From positions 1 through 64,000 of the IMG/VR virus record IMGVR_UViG_3300032219_002765: 64,000 bases of DNA. One strand, written 5' to 3'. The position numbers and the translations under genes are program-made. Shown piece by piece: positions 45,410 through 53,849 of this stretch (the first letter of the stretch is position 1; each line of letters starts with the position of its first letter). The notes under the pieces were generated by a model. The model worked only from the letters and a program-made list of their open reading frames with translations, ran no database searches and was not told the DNA's origin. Origin of the DNA: a virus. Its lineage: Duplodnaviria; Caudoviricetes.

Positions 45410-46160
45410 GTCGGAGGCGAGAGCCCCGGCCGAACCTAGACAACCGAACCAACCCGCGACGGCCGAACGGGCCCCGCGCCTGTCCCTGATGGTAGGGAGT
45501 ACCTCCCCGAAGTGTAGGGAATGGCAGGCATGGTGTGCCCCAACGTGAGCGGCGGGAAAGGTAAGGTCTCTAGGTTTGCGAACCTTGACAACAGAATAAG
45601 TGTAAGCAAGTAGGGAGCCGTGAGGTAACCGAAACGTACTGCGCTTGTTCTTTAATATAATTCCCATACAGTGTGGACAATGCAGCTGAACCTAAGTAGG
45701 CCATTGGATAAGCACTCTCCACTGTATGTCAGCGGGCATCTTGTCTTTAACTAAGGCAAAGTAGCGACGCTAAACGTCAGCAACTCTCGTCAGGTTGCAG
45801 CTGAATACAACCCTTGTCTGGTTGCAGTTAGTTACAGTTGCCGCAGATTCTATGTCCAGCGTACCTGTGTCTAATGCAGATACGCTGGCCACTGGACACT
45901 AGTACTTCACCACGGCGTTTCCGTGCGATGGCAGGACTAGTTATCAGCCAGTGATTCATTCTGTGCACTGTAACTAACTGTATGCCTGGCAATTTGTTTT
46001 AAGTTTCCTCAGAGAAGTTTACTCTGAGCGGTTGCAGATCTGCTGTAACTTGTCAACAGGCAGGATCAATTAAAGATCACATTGGATCATATATGATCAT
46101 GAGACTTCAGACTCTCTCCTGCTGAGTTTAACTAACTCAGCCCGAGGGATTCATTCTCTC
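45410..46160 (+). ncRNA. putative large structured non-coding RNA, class unknown
   Basis: More than 15 helices found by eye, including a perfect 14-bp long-range helix 45825-45838/45967-45980, nested multibranch junctions, a GAGA tetraloop, and G-U pairs that work only on the + strand. Confidence 0.7.
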
Positions 46161-46192
46161 ACCCTTCCACTTTGTTTCAACAGGTGTTAATC

Positions 46193-46438
46193 ATGACTGC
46201 TACACAAGTGTTACATTATTGCGCATCAAACGATCGCAACGGCAACCCTCAACGTTGCTACGTTCTAGTTGATGCTGACGGCAACAAGTTAGCTGCCTGG
46301 GATGAGGGATACGAAGGCCATCATGCTGTGCCCGATGTATGGCGGGATGCTGCATACGCTGCAGAGCGTATCAATTGCAGCATGACATGGTATCGTAAGA
46401 TGTTACGCACACTGCCTACATATCCTTTCTCACTGTAA
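46193..46438 (+). CDS. early hypothetical protein
   Basis: ORF track 46172; ATCATG start at 46193; ASNDRNGNPQRCY. Confidence 0.6.
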   Translation: MTATQVLHYCASNDRNGNPQRCYVLVDADGNKLAAWDEGYEGHHAVPDVWRDAAYAAERINCSMTWYRKMLRTLPTYPFSL

Positions 46439-46462
46439 TTAACTCACTCACTCTTTAACATC

Positions 46463-46786
46463 ATGTCCCTCACAATCAAGACTAACAACGTGCCACGTGA
46501 AACATTCTGTGGCATGTTAGCTGACATGTTTGTCGGCGAGGCTAAGGCTAATAAACTGCGTGAGCAGTTTGATTATCTAACTGATGAGGAGTTTGAAGTA
46601 ACCGACTTCATACAGTATCGCGGTTACTTCTATTCTATGGGTGACTTTATGCGTACAGAATCTAATGCTAGTCATGACCTATCTGGCTGGGATGGTTATG
46701 CATCAGATAGTTTCTTCAGTGGGGTATGTATTAAGTTTTACGATAGTCCGTATGGTGAAGTTATAGTCGGCACATATTACTGCTGA
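46463..46786 (+). CDS. conserved early phage protein
   Basis: QFDYL...FIQYRGYFYSMGDFMR...WDGYASDSFFSG. Confidence 0.65.
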   Translation: MSLTIKTNNVPRETFCGMLADMFVGEAKANKLREQFDYLTDEEFEVTDFIQYRGYFYSMGDFMRTESNASHDLSGWDGYASDSFFSGVCIKFYDSPYGEVIVGTYYC

Positions 46787-46800
46787 TACATATAACTAAC

Positions 46801-46845
46801 GGGAACGCTTAGTGTGAGCGGGGGATCGAATCCCTAGCGTTCCTA
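46801..46845 (+). ncRNA. tRNA-like minihelix (acceptor stem plus T-arm, no anticodon arm)
   Basis: GGGAACGCT/AGCGTTCCT 9-bp stem contiguous with GGGG-ATCGAAT-CCCT; 11-nt linker; A at the discriminator position. Confidence 0.55.
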
Positions 46846-46895
46846 TTGCCCTTCACTTAAATGTGTAGGGCTTTGTTCTATACCTACATCACATC

Positions 46896-47243
46896 ATGCG
46901 AGTGATCGAACAGCAAATGCTGGATGCAATCCGCGATCATAAAGATTGGCGGCTAAGCAATACCAGCGTTCAGTGTACACAATTTGTACACAGCGATAGA
47001 GTTATCGACAGGATCACAGTGTATCTGCATAACAGCGCGATCGCAGTGATTACTCCCACGGATGTAACTGTCTGCGATTGTGGTTATCAGACACCTACAA
47101 CTAAGTCGCGACTTAATGTAATACTGCGCGAGCTATGTGGCGCTGGTATTTATCAGAAGAATCATACATGGTTTGCATCTGCATTAGAAGAAACTGACTG
47201 GGAGATTGAATCTAACAGCCGTCATTGTTTCGTACGAGGTTAA
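46896..47243 (+). CDS. conserved early phage protein
   Basis: MRVIEQQM...VYLH...GYQTPTTKSRLN signature common in cyanophages. Confidence 0.7.
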   Translation: MRVIEQQMLDAIRDHKDWRLSNTSVQCTQFVHSDRVIDRITVYLHNSAIAVITPTDVTVCDCGYQTPTTKSRLNVILRELCGAGIYQKNHTWFASALEETDWEIESNSRHCFVRG

Positions 47244-47247
47244 CCAA

Positions 47248-47412
47248 ATGGCTTACTACATTCAACGGCGCGAAGGTGGCAAGATCGAAACTATTGACGA
47301 GATTGATGATAGGAGGGAGGCATACAAAGTGGTCAGGGAATATAACATTTCCGATCAAAGTGCGTTCCATTATGTATCAATCCGTGCATGTAAGTCATGG
47401 GCAAACCGCTAA
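47248..47412 (+). CDS. early hypothetical protein
   Basis: MAYYIQRREGGKIETIDE. Confidence 0.6.
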   Translation: MAYYIQRREGGKIETIDEIDDRREAYKVVREYNISDQSAFHYVSIRACKSWANR

Positions 47413-47463
47413 CGCGGGCCGCCGCACAGTTTACTTTAGTGTACACACATTCTCTTTAACATC

Positions 47464-47724
47464 ATGACCAAACGCAAAACAGTTAGTGTTGCTTACCTGA
47501 GAGATTGGGTCAATGAACGACTCACGTCGGACCACTTAACGCCAGAGCATAAACGTGGGCTGGCAAATGCACTAGATCAAGTGTTACATAACACTGGAAA
47601 CTACAACGGATTTGGCTACATTTACTGTGACGATGAGCGCCCATGCTTACCAGATAAAGTAGGCGCTGAGGCTTGCAATCCCAACTGGACTGAGTATCAC
47701 GAAACCCGTCGCTTCTATTACTAA
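47464..47724 (+). CDS. early hypothetical protein
   Basis: ORF track; ctctttaacatcATG leader. Confidence 0.6.
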   Translation: MTKRKTVSVAYLRDWVNERLTSDHLTPEHKRGLANALDQVLHNTGNYNGFGYIYCDDERPCLPDKVGAEACNPNWTEYHETRRFYY

Positions 47725-47728
47725 CACC

Positions 47729-47950
47729 ATGACTATTAACAACACCGTATCTACTTTTAACCCTGAAACTGTGCGGGAAGCCTATGCTCAAGAGATACTA
47801 GATGGAATGGATTACAAGACAATGGAACGTTTCGTTTATGACACTTTGTGTGACAACTTAACCTCTTATTCTAATGAACAACTAAAGACTGAGATTGTGG
47901 AGTGTTACGGTGAAGAATGGTTTGCATCTTTAATCACAAACAACAACTAA
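47729..47950 (+). CDS. early hypothetical protein
   Basis: ORF track. Confidence 0.6.
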   Translation: MTINNTVSTFNPETVREAYAQEILDGMDYKTMERFVYDTLCDNLTSYSNEQLKTEIVECYGEEWFASLITNNN

Positions 47951-47954
47951 CATC

Positions 47955-48167
47955 ATGAAATACACATTTCGCCGCCACGATGGTCGTGGCAAACGTTGGT
48001 CAGTCTATGCTGCTCGTTTTATTACAGATGTAGGCACAACGTATGCACTCGAATGGTTTGATACATACGAGGATGCAAATCAAGCAGCTGATGAGATGAA
48101 AGCAGATGGCAGATTCCGTGGAATCTCTATCTACTCACGCAGCCAAGAGACTGCAAACTTTAACTAA
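47955..48167 (+). CDS. early hypothetical protein
   Basis: ORF track; acatcATG leader. Confidence 0.55.
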   Translation: MKYTFRRHDGRGKRWSVYAARFITDVGTTYALEWFDTYEDANQAADEMKADGRFRGISIYSRSQETANFN

Positions 48168-48181
48168 CACAACTACACATC

Positions 48182-48445
48182 ATGGAAGTTTCATTCCCGC
48201 TAACTCTTACAGAGCAACAACTGTACATTTTGCAGGATCTAGCTAAAGATCACTATCGAACGCTACAGAATCTAATCGGTATGCTAATTACTGACGGCAT
48301 ACAAAGTTACAAATACAGTCACGACTATTGCGTTAAAAAACGCGCCGAAGATCGTGAAGGTGACAAAGAGTTTCAACAGTATAGCGAGGAGGAGATTGAT
48401 ACTATCTTTTCTTCTCTCCCTTTTCTCTCTACACAATCACACTAA
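48182..48445 (+). CDS. early hypothetical protein
   Basis: ORF track; acatcATG leader. Confidence 0.55.
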   Translation: MEVSFPLTLTEQQLYILQDLAKDHYRTLQNLIGMLITDGIQSYKYSHDYCVKKRAEDREGDKEFQQYSEEEIDTIFSSLPFLSTQSH

Positions 48446-48448
48446 ATC

Positions 48449-48718
48449 ATGATTAACACTGAACTGGACTACACTTACAAGACTGCACATTATCCCAACA
48501 CAGTTAGTTGGTACCGCGAACTTGTTTATCTTGGTGATGAACTTGTGGGTGAGATCTGCGAACCTACTGAGTCCACGTCGCGAGCAAAGATCTACAACGT
48601 ACGCAAATATATACCGCTACAGGTTACTGACGGCAACGTTGGTATCAGCAAAGTCATTAAATCATATGCAACAGTGTATGAATGTAAAGAGTACATCAAC
48701 AACGGAGGAATCAAATGA
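48449..48718 (+). CDS. early hypothetical protein
   Basis: ORF track. Confidence 0.55.
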   Translation: MINTELDYTYKTAHYPNTVSWYRELVYLGDELVGEICEPTESTSRAKIYNVRKYIPLQVTDGNVGISKVIKSYATVYECKEYINNGGIK

Positions 48719-48912
48719 TTGACTTCACTAATGTCGTGGACTACCTAACAGTTACATGGCAAAACTGTGATGATCCTTTGGATACATACCAGCTTGCCGA
48801 GCAAATAATCGACCGCATTACATCAGACAACCCCTCTATGAATGAAATTGACGAGATTATTGATGAACTTAACGCCGAATATCGTTTAGTAAGTAAGCAT
48901 GATGAATACTAA
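48715..48912 (+). CDS. early acidic hypothetical protein
   Basis: ORF track; coupled to the previous gene. Confidence 0.5.
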   Translation: MIDFTNVVDYLTVTWQNCDDPLDTYQLAEQIIDRITSDNPSMNEIDEIIDELNAEYRLVSKHDEY

Positions 48913-49150
48913 TCATGTACCTCATACCACGGAGGCTGTTCTAGATCTTATACCGCCCGATTCACTGTTAGCTGCTATCAGATACAATATATCAGGGTTT
49001 TACTCTGACGATTGGGAAGCACGGCATCAATTAGCCGGTAACTCTTTGTGTCTATATGTGTTTCAAACGCATGGGCAACAATCTAAAGTTGGGCAAGCTG
49101 CACAACAACTGTTTGATCTGATTAACAAACCCTGCACTAAACCCCAATGA
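48899..49150 (+). CDS. early hypothetical protein
   Basis: ORF track. Confidence 0.5.
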   Translation: MMNTNHVPHTTEAVLDLIPPDSLLAAIRYNISGFYSDDWEARHQLAGNSLCLYVFQTHGQQSKVGQAAQQLFDLINKPCTKPQ

Positions 49151-49308
49151 CTCACATGAAAGCTCAGACTAAGCTCAACCTATTTTTGAGCTTGTTTGTT
49201 ATGTTCATCGTACTTTCTTGTTCTACTACTACATTTGCAGCAAGTGCAATCTTTCTCGCACTTAGTTTTGCTTGTTTGTTTCTTGATCATCTATTCCCCC
49301 ACGCTTGA
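49147..49308 (+). CDS. small membrane protein (53 aa)
   Basis: Hand translation MTHMKAQTKLNLFLSLFVMFIVLSCSTTTFAASAIFLALSFACLFLDHLFPHA; ATGA overlap with the previous stop. Confidence 0.5.
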   Translation: MTHMKAQTKLNLFLSLFVMFIVLSCSTTTFAASAIFLALSFACLFLDHLFPHA

Positions 49309-49314
49309 CTAACA

Positions 49315-49530
49315 ATGGACATCTTACCTTGCAGCTCTATTGACATTACCAACTTTATAGGAGCGCTACTCGTTAACGAGAATGGTGGCGAATTCTATTG
49401 CACCAGAATTAAATTCTCTTTAAACGATAACATCATCTTGATAGAACTTAGCGAAGAACGTGGTGGGCAACCGTATGCTTCTATCCCATTTAAAAATCTA
49501 AATAAACATAACTGGTCAGTTCAATTCTGA
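49315..49530 (+). CDS. early hypothetical protein
   Basis: ORF track. Confidence 0.5.
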   Translation: MDILPCSSIDITNFIGALLVNENGGEFYCTRIKFSLNDNIILIELSEERGGQPYASIPFKNLNKHNWSVQF

Positions 49531-49597
49531 CCTTGCGGGTAAGTAATTGTACAAGTAACTGTACAAGTAAACCATCACACAGTTTCACACAAACACA

Positions 49598-49822
49598 ATG
49601 AACTACTACTTCATCGAAGTCACCGATACATTTGGTGGCGAAGCAAACTACAGCTGGGTTAACAAGTACTGCGTCGAAGCTACTGACAAGACAGCAGTAC
49701 GTAGAGCCAAGAAAGCTATTGGCTGGAACGGCATACGGTGTGATCGAGAAGACTGTGGGGAATACATAAAGTTAATCCCACGCGGTATGTGTCAGGTAGC
49801 GTTCATTCAAATGGAGTCCTAA
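49598..49822 (+). CDS. conserved early phage protein
   Basis: IEVTDTFGGEANYSWV...AVRRAKKAIGWNG. Confidence 0.7.
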   Translation: MNYYFIEVTDTFGGEANYSWVNKYCVEATDKTAVRRAKKAIGWNGIRCDREDCGEYIKLIPRGMCQVAFIQMES

Positions 49823-49869
49823 ATTACTACTTGCTTCGCAAGGCCCGAATCACCTAACGCACACAACAA

Positions 49870-50079
49870 ATGAATTACTACAAGATTAAAGTACAGATTG
49901 AATCTAATAACGGTGAAGAACTACAAATGGAAACACATAGAAACTTCACCGAAAATCGAAAAGCTCACGTCTTTGCTAGCGGATTTGCTGCTGGTTTTGC
50001 GATGGCATACGATGGCGCCATTTTAAACATGCAAATTGAGCAAATAGAGGATGATAGTAGGCAACAAACCTTATATTAG
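49870..50079 (+). CDS. early hypothetical protein
   Basis: ORF track. Confidence 0.5.
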   Translation: MNYYKIKVQIESNNGEELQMETHRNFTENRKAHVFASGFAAGFAMAYDGAILNMQIEQIEDDSRQQTLY

Positions 50080-50267
50080 TTCTATAGCTACAGGAAACGG
50101 GAGGAAAATTACGTTAAGTAATTGAGAACTATAAAAGATTTATATATAAGACAGGCTTGCCGAGCTAGCGTATTAAATTACTGTATACATCTGTGGTTAC
50201 ACTAACGCAAAACTTAAACTTTGCGGAGGTGATTCCACAGGTGGTGCGGTACACTTGATAAGATTGC

Positions 50268-50468
50268 TTGGTTTATTTCAATCCCGTGTTCTCAACTTCA
50301 TCAACTGCATTAGCTAAGCAATTTGATGTTTTCGCGAAAAAGCCGAAAACTGGCTGGGCTTACTACCAAACAATCGAAGCCAACACGCCAGAGGAAGCTA
50401 AATCCAAGGTTATAGCCGAAAATTCTGATATACAGAACTATAAATTGGCGGTTTACCCTAAACGCTGA
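50268..50468 (+). CDS. early hypothetical protein
   Basis: ORF track; TIEANTPEEAK motif. Confidence 0.5.
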   Translation: MVYFNPVFSTSSTALAKQFDVFAKKPKTGWAYYQTIEANTPEEAKSKVIAENSDIQNYKLAVYPKR

Positions 50469-50518
50469 CTGTATCCTTTAATTTCAGCCCCTGTATCATT
50501 AGATATGGGCTGATGTAC

Positions 50519-50589
50519 CGGAACGTCTGATGACCGTTGCGTATTGCGCAACGCGCAACGCGAGTAGGGTTTGATTCCCTCGGTTCCGA
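50519..50589 (+). ncRNA. degenerate tRNA-like element
   Basis: CGGAAC/GTTCCG acceptor-like stem; AGGG-TTTGATT-CCCT T-arm; central CGTTGCG/CGCAACG hairpin; 71 nt. Confidence 0.4.
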
Positions 50590-50683
50590 TTTACGCGCAG
50601 ATATAGAGCCTGTATGGTGGTATAGTAGGCACAGGCGGCACAGAGCCTTTAACGTGGTGCGATCACATCCAAATCAAAACCCC

Positions 50684-51109
50684 ATGGCCATCAAAACAAC
50701 AGAGCTTGTGGCGCTAGCTGCCACGGCGGCAGAGGCTTACGATGAATGCGACACAGCTTTAACGGAGTTAAATCAATCCTTTGGAGTAGTGTACGAAGCA
50801 ACTAAAGACAATTTGTTGCGCGATGTAACCATTGCGTCAACACAAGGATTGGATCTTTCTGTATTCTCCGGAGAAGAAAGCCGCTTTAAGTTCCCTACTT
50901 ACAACACAAACATTGTCGTAAGAATTACACGCAAACCAACTCCACACGTAAAGCTGGATAAACTACTCAGTGAAGTAGAGCAGCTAGAAAAGAGGTTAAA
51001 ACTAGCTAAAACACGACTTAAAAACACTGCGGAAGAATTGGTGATTGCCGGTGAGTGTGATGAGACTATAGAGAAAATTGTACTAGCTTTTACCAGATTG
51101 CGTAAATAG
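50684..51109 (+). CDS. coiled-coil hypothetical protein
   Basis: ORF track 50537; likely start MAIKTTEL at 50684. Confidence 0.6.
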   Translation: MAIKTTELVALAATAAEAYDECDTALTELNQSFGVVYEATKDNLLRDVTIASTQGLDLSVFSGEESRFKFPTYNTNIVVRITRKPTPHVKLDKLLSEVEQLEKRLKLAKTRLKNTAEELVIAGECDETIEKIVLAFTRLRK

Positions 51110-51125
51110 AACAGTTTCAGTTTAC

Positions 51126-51154
51126 TTGCTGTACTGCATTCAATAAGGTATAGT
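51126..51154 (+). promoter_or_regulatory. sigma70-type promoter for the DUF3150-AAA-vWA operon
   Basis: TTGCTG-17 nt-TATAGT, followed by a leader hairpin TTGCTT...AAGCAA. Confidence 0.6.
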
Positions 51155-51210
51155 TGCTTGGGCTTAACGCCGCGAAGCAAGCCTCATCACTTTGTTTTTA
51201 ACTAACTCAA

Positions 51211-52428
51211 ATGACTTCACATTATCTTCTGTCCTGTTCAATCTCCGCAGATGTACGTCAAAGCGTACAAATCAAATTCGATGATCTAAAACTTCCAGTT
51301 TCTGTAATCGAAACTCTGCAACGGAATAACACAGTCAGCCTGCGCCCCAATCTCTCAAATGCACTTAAAGCAGAGCTTGATTCGCTTCGTATTATGCAGC
51401 GTGAACTGTATGACAGCTATTGCATTCATTACGGCGACGCTCACTTTGTCACTGCTTCCTACTTTTATTCTGCTAAAACACTGATTAAACAAATTAGAGA
51501 TAGTGCAACTGAAGCTAACGATCGCTTGAAAGACTTGTGGGAATCGGAATATAACTCTTGGCAGGAGACTGCTGAGGGAATTCTGAAGCCATTGTTTGTT
51601 GATTCAGACGAATTTAAATTGGCATTTAGTGCTTACATGAAATTCTTCCCTACAAAAGAAGAATACAAGACTCCGATTCGTGTTTCAGTCTTAGGGCCAT
51701 TGCCTGCTTCAATGGAGAGAGTAGAAAAACCAGTAGAGGGCGATATCGATTCATTGATTGCATACGAAAATCAAATCAACACACAGCAAGTGTTGGAAGC
51801 AGCTCGTAACAACGCAGCTGATAAAGCTTTGATGATTAGTGCTGAGCTGCTAGATGATTTGGATGCTCGTTCATCGACTAAGGTTGGTCGCCAACAAACG
51901 GGTGGAGACAAGAAACGAGGGAGCTGGCAAATCACTGCTCAGAAACTGAAACTAATCAGCGACAGTGTTCCAGGGTTTGACAATCTAACTTCACTCGCTG
52001 ATCGCCTACTTCAAGCAGGCGTAGACATCCAATCGACTGAACGAATTACCCGGAATAAAGGTGCTGATGATTTCCACGAGGTTCAAGATCTAATTAGGTC
52101 AGAGTTGGAAACAATCTGTGATCAAAGAGATAACTCTAAAGGACTAGAAACTCTTAAGCAATCTCTTTCACTCTCAAACAACTATAAGACTCTATGTGAA
52201 CGAATTAAAACAACTGAGAATGCAAGTGCTCTCAATTTACTGATTAAAAATGCAAACCTAGAGTTGGATATCTATGCTCAACGATCCAAACAACTGAACA
52301 AACTTATCAATCAACGTAAAGAATTTATTGGTGTTGCCGGTGAAAATCTAGATGATCTTATTTCAACAATTGTTGAAAGCGAAACTGAGGAGTTTGAAAT
52401 GGCAACGGATTCAGAGGTTGACTTCTAA
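51211..52428 (+). CDS. DUF3150-like helical protein
   Basis: 405 aa helical protein directly upstream of the MoxR AAA and vWA genes, the usual context of DUF3150; motif recognition weak. Confidence 0.45.
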   Translation: MTSHYLLSCSISADVRQSVQIKFDDLKLPVSVIETLQRNNTVSLRPNLSNALKAELDSLRIMQRELYDSYCIHYGDAHFVTASYFYSAKTLIKQIRDSATEANDRLKDLWESEYNSWQETAEGILKPLFVDSDEFKLAFSAYMKFFPTKEEYKTPIRVSVLGPLPASMERVEKPVEGDIDSLIAYENQINTQQVLEAARNNAADKALMISAELLDDLDARSSTKVGRQQTGGDKKRGSWQITAQKLKLISDSVPGFDNLTSLADRLLQAGVDIQSTERITRNKGADDFHEVQDLIRSELETICDQRDNSKGLETLKQSLSLSNNYKTLCERIKTTENASALNLLIKNANLELDIYAQRSKQLNKLINQRKEFIGVAGENLDDLISTIVESETEEFEMATDSEVDF

Positions 52429-52658
52429 TGAAACGCTTACTGTACACAATCGAATCGACCAAAGGTTTCTTAGCAGACATTGAACGTTACACAGATAACA
52501 TTTTAGATGCTGTAACTTTTGTTGATTTTGATAATGCAGCTCATCGACTTGCGCAAGTGAACGATTTGCTGGTCGAACCATGCTGGATTGTGGCTAAGTA
52601 TGTACCTTTCCCAAGGCCAATTGCGGTTTGTTTAAACACTCATTCTTCCCAAAAATGA
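52428..52658 (+). CDS. hypothetical protein
   Basis: ORF track; coupled. Confidence 0.5.
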   Translation: MKRLLYTIESTKGFLADIERYTDNILDAVTFVDFDNAAHRLAQVNDLLVEPCWIVAKYVPFPRPIAVCLNTHSSQK

Positions 52659-53845
52659 AAGACACTTTATTCACCAAGCTTCAAAATTTCCGAGGAGCAC
52701 TTAACAACTCTGCACTTGAACGTGAACACATTATCGATGGTCTTTTAGCAACACTTTTGAGCAAACAAAATGCGTTTTTGTTGGGTGTTCCCGGTACAGG
52801 TAAGTCAGATCTTGTTAGAAGTATTTGTAGAGGAATTATCGGAGCAAATTACTTCGGTTATTTACTGACTCCAACAACGGATCCTTCTGAAGTGTTTGGT
52901 CCTGTTGCTGTAACTAAACTCCTCAAAGATGAATACACACGCGACATAGAAGGTTACTTACCTAGCAGCCACATTGGATTTCTGGATGAACTCTTTAGAG
53001 GGAGTTCGGCAATTTTAAATTCATTACTAACTTTGCTAAATGAACGCACATTTAATAACGGCAAGGACTTAGTTGAAACCCCGATTCAGTCCATCGTTTC
53101 CGCTACAAACAGTTGGCCCGATGAGGAATCTCTACAGGCATTTGCCGATAGGTTCCTATTCCGTCCCACAGTGGATCTTCTCCGTAAACCAGTATCAAAA
53201 CGAAAACTAGACGAGTGGGCACTCGGTATTACTGAGCGTCCACAAGTTGGTGAACATATAACACTTGCGGAACTGCAAGAACTTCAAGAATCTGCTCAAA
53301 CGATTGAAATTTCAGAAGAATTTCTTGATCGATTCAGTAGTGTCTGGGAGATGCTTGCCAACCGTAACATTTTTATTAGTGATCGTCGCCGCGTACAAGT
53401 GCTTAAGTTTTTAAAAGCTTGGGCAATAGTTCAGGGTGACGATAAGCTCTACCCAGAACATATGCATAACAGTTTGATACACATTGTTTATCAGACTAAA
53501 GAAGATCAGGAGGTAATCTTAGAAGTATTAGATCACGAGGTTCCCACGGCGGATCATGTTTTCAATGACGCTAAGCGGGCAGCAGCTGGAATAGTAACTG
53601 AATATACAAATCTGCAGCATAAATTCCAGGCAAAAGGACTAGGAGAGTTAAATGAGTTTGTTACCTTATTGAAGAAATATCACAAAGATATGACAACTGT
53701 ACGAGATAAAGTCAGTGAGATACTTGACGGAACTCGATTCCGAATGTCAATTACTACTAGGTCTAAAGGCGTAAAACTTCAGCAAAATTTACAAAATAAC
53801 TGTAATACACTTACACGAGCTATTAGTGACATTAGTAAAGAGTAA
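52655..53845 (+). CDS. MoxR/RavA-like AAA+ ATPase
   Basis: ALEREHIIDGLL...GVPGTGKS; LLTPTTDPSEVFGP; FLDELF...LNERTF; ATN; AFADRF; SDRR. Confidence 0.9.
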   Translation: MKDTLFTKLQNFRGALNNSALEREHIIDGLLATLLSKQNAFLLGVPGTGKSDLVRSICRGIIGANYFGYLLTPTTDPSEVFGPVAVTKLLKDEYTRDIEGYLPSSHIGFLDELFRGSSAILNSLLTLLNERTFNNGKDLVETPIQSIVSATNSWPDEESLQAFADRFLFRPTVDLLRKPVSKRKLDEWALGITERPQVGEHITLAELQELQESAQTIEISEEFLDRFSSVWEMLANRNIFISDRRRVQVLKFLKAWAIVQGDDKLYPEHMHNSLIHIVYQTKEDQEVILEVLDHEVPTADHVFNDAKRAAAGIVTEYTNLQHKFQAKGLGELNEFVTLLKKYHKDMTTVRDKVSEILDGTRFRMSITTRSKGVKLQQNLQNNCNTLTRAISDISKE

Positions 53846-53849
53846 TCAA

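Noticed and set aside
45612-45645. Group II intron domain V (GAGCCGTGAGG...CGTAC)
   Set aside because: Only the opening GAGCCG resembles domain V; the closing GGTTC and domain VI are missing, there is no RT gene and no interrupted gene
45131-45667. ORFs 45131..45439 (+) and 45371..45667 (-) as proteins
   Set aside because: TTG or weak starts, atypical composition, no motifs; they overlap the promoter and the structured RNA
50527-50565. Hammerhead ribozyme from CTGATGA plus hairpin
   Set aside because: No GAAA after stem II and no stem III/UH site
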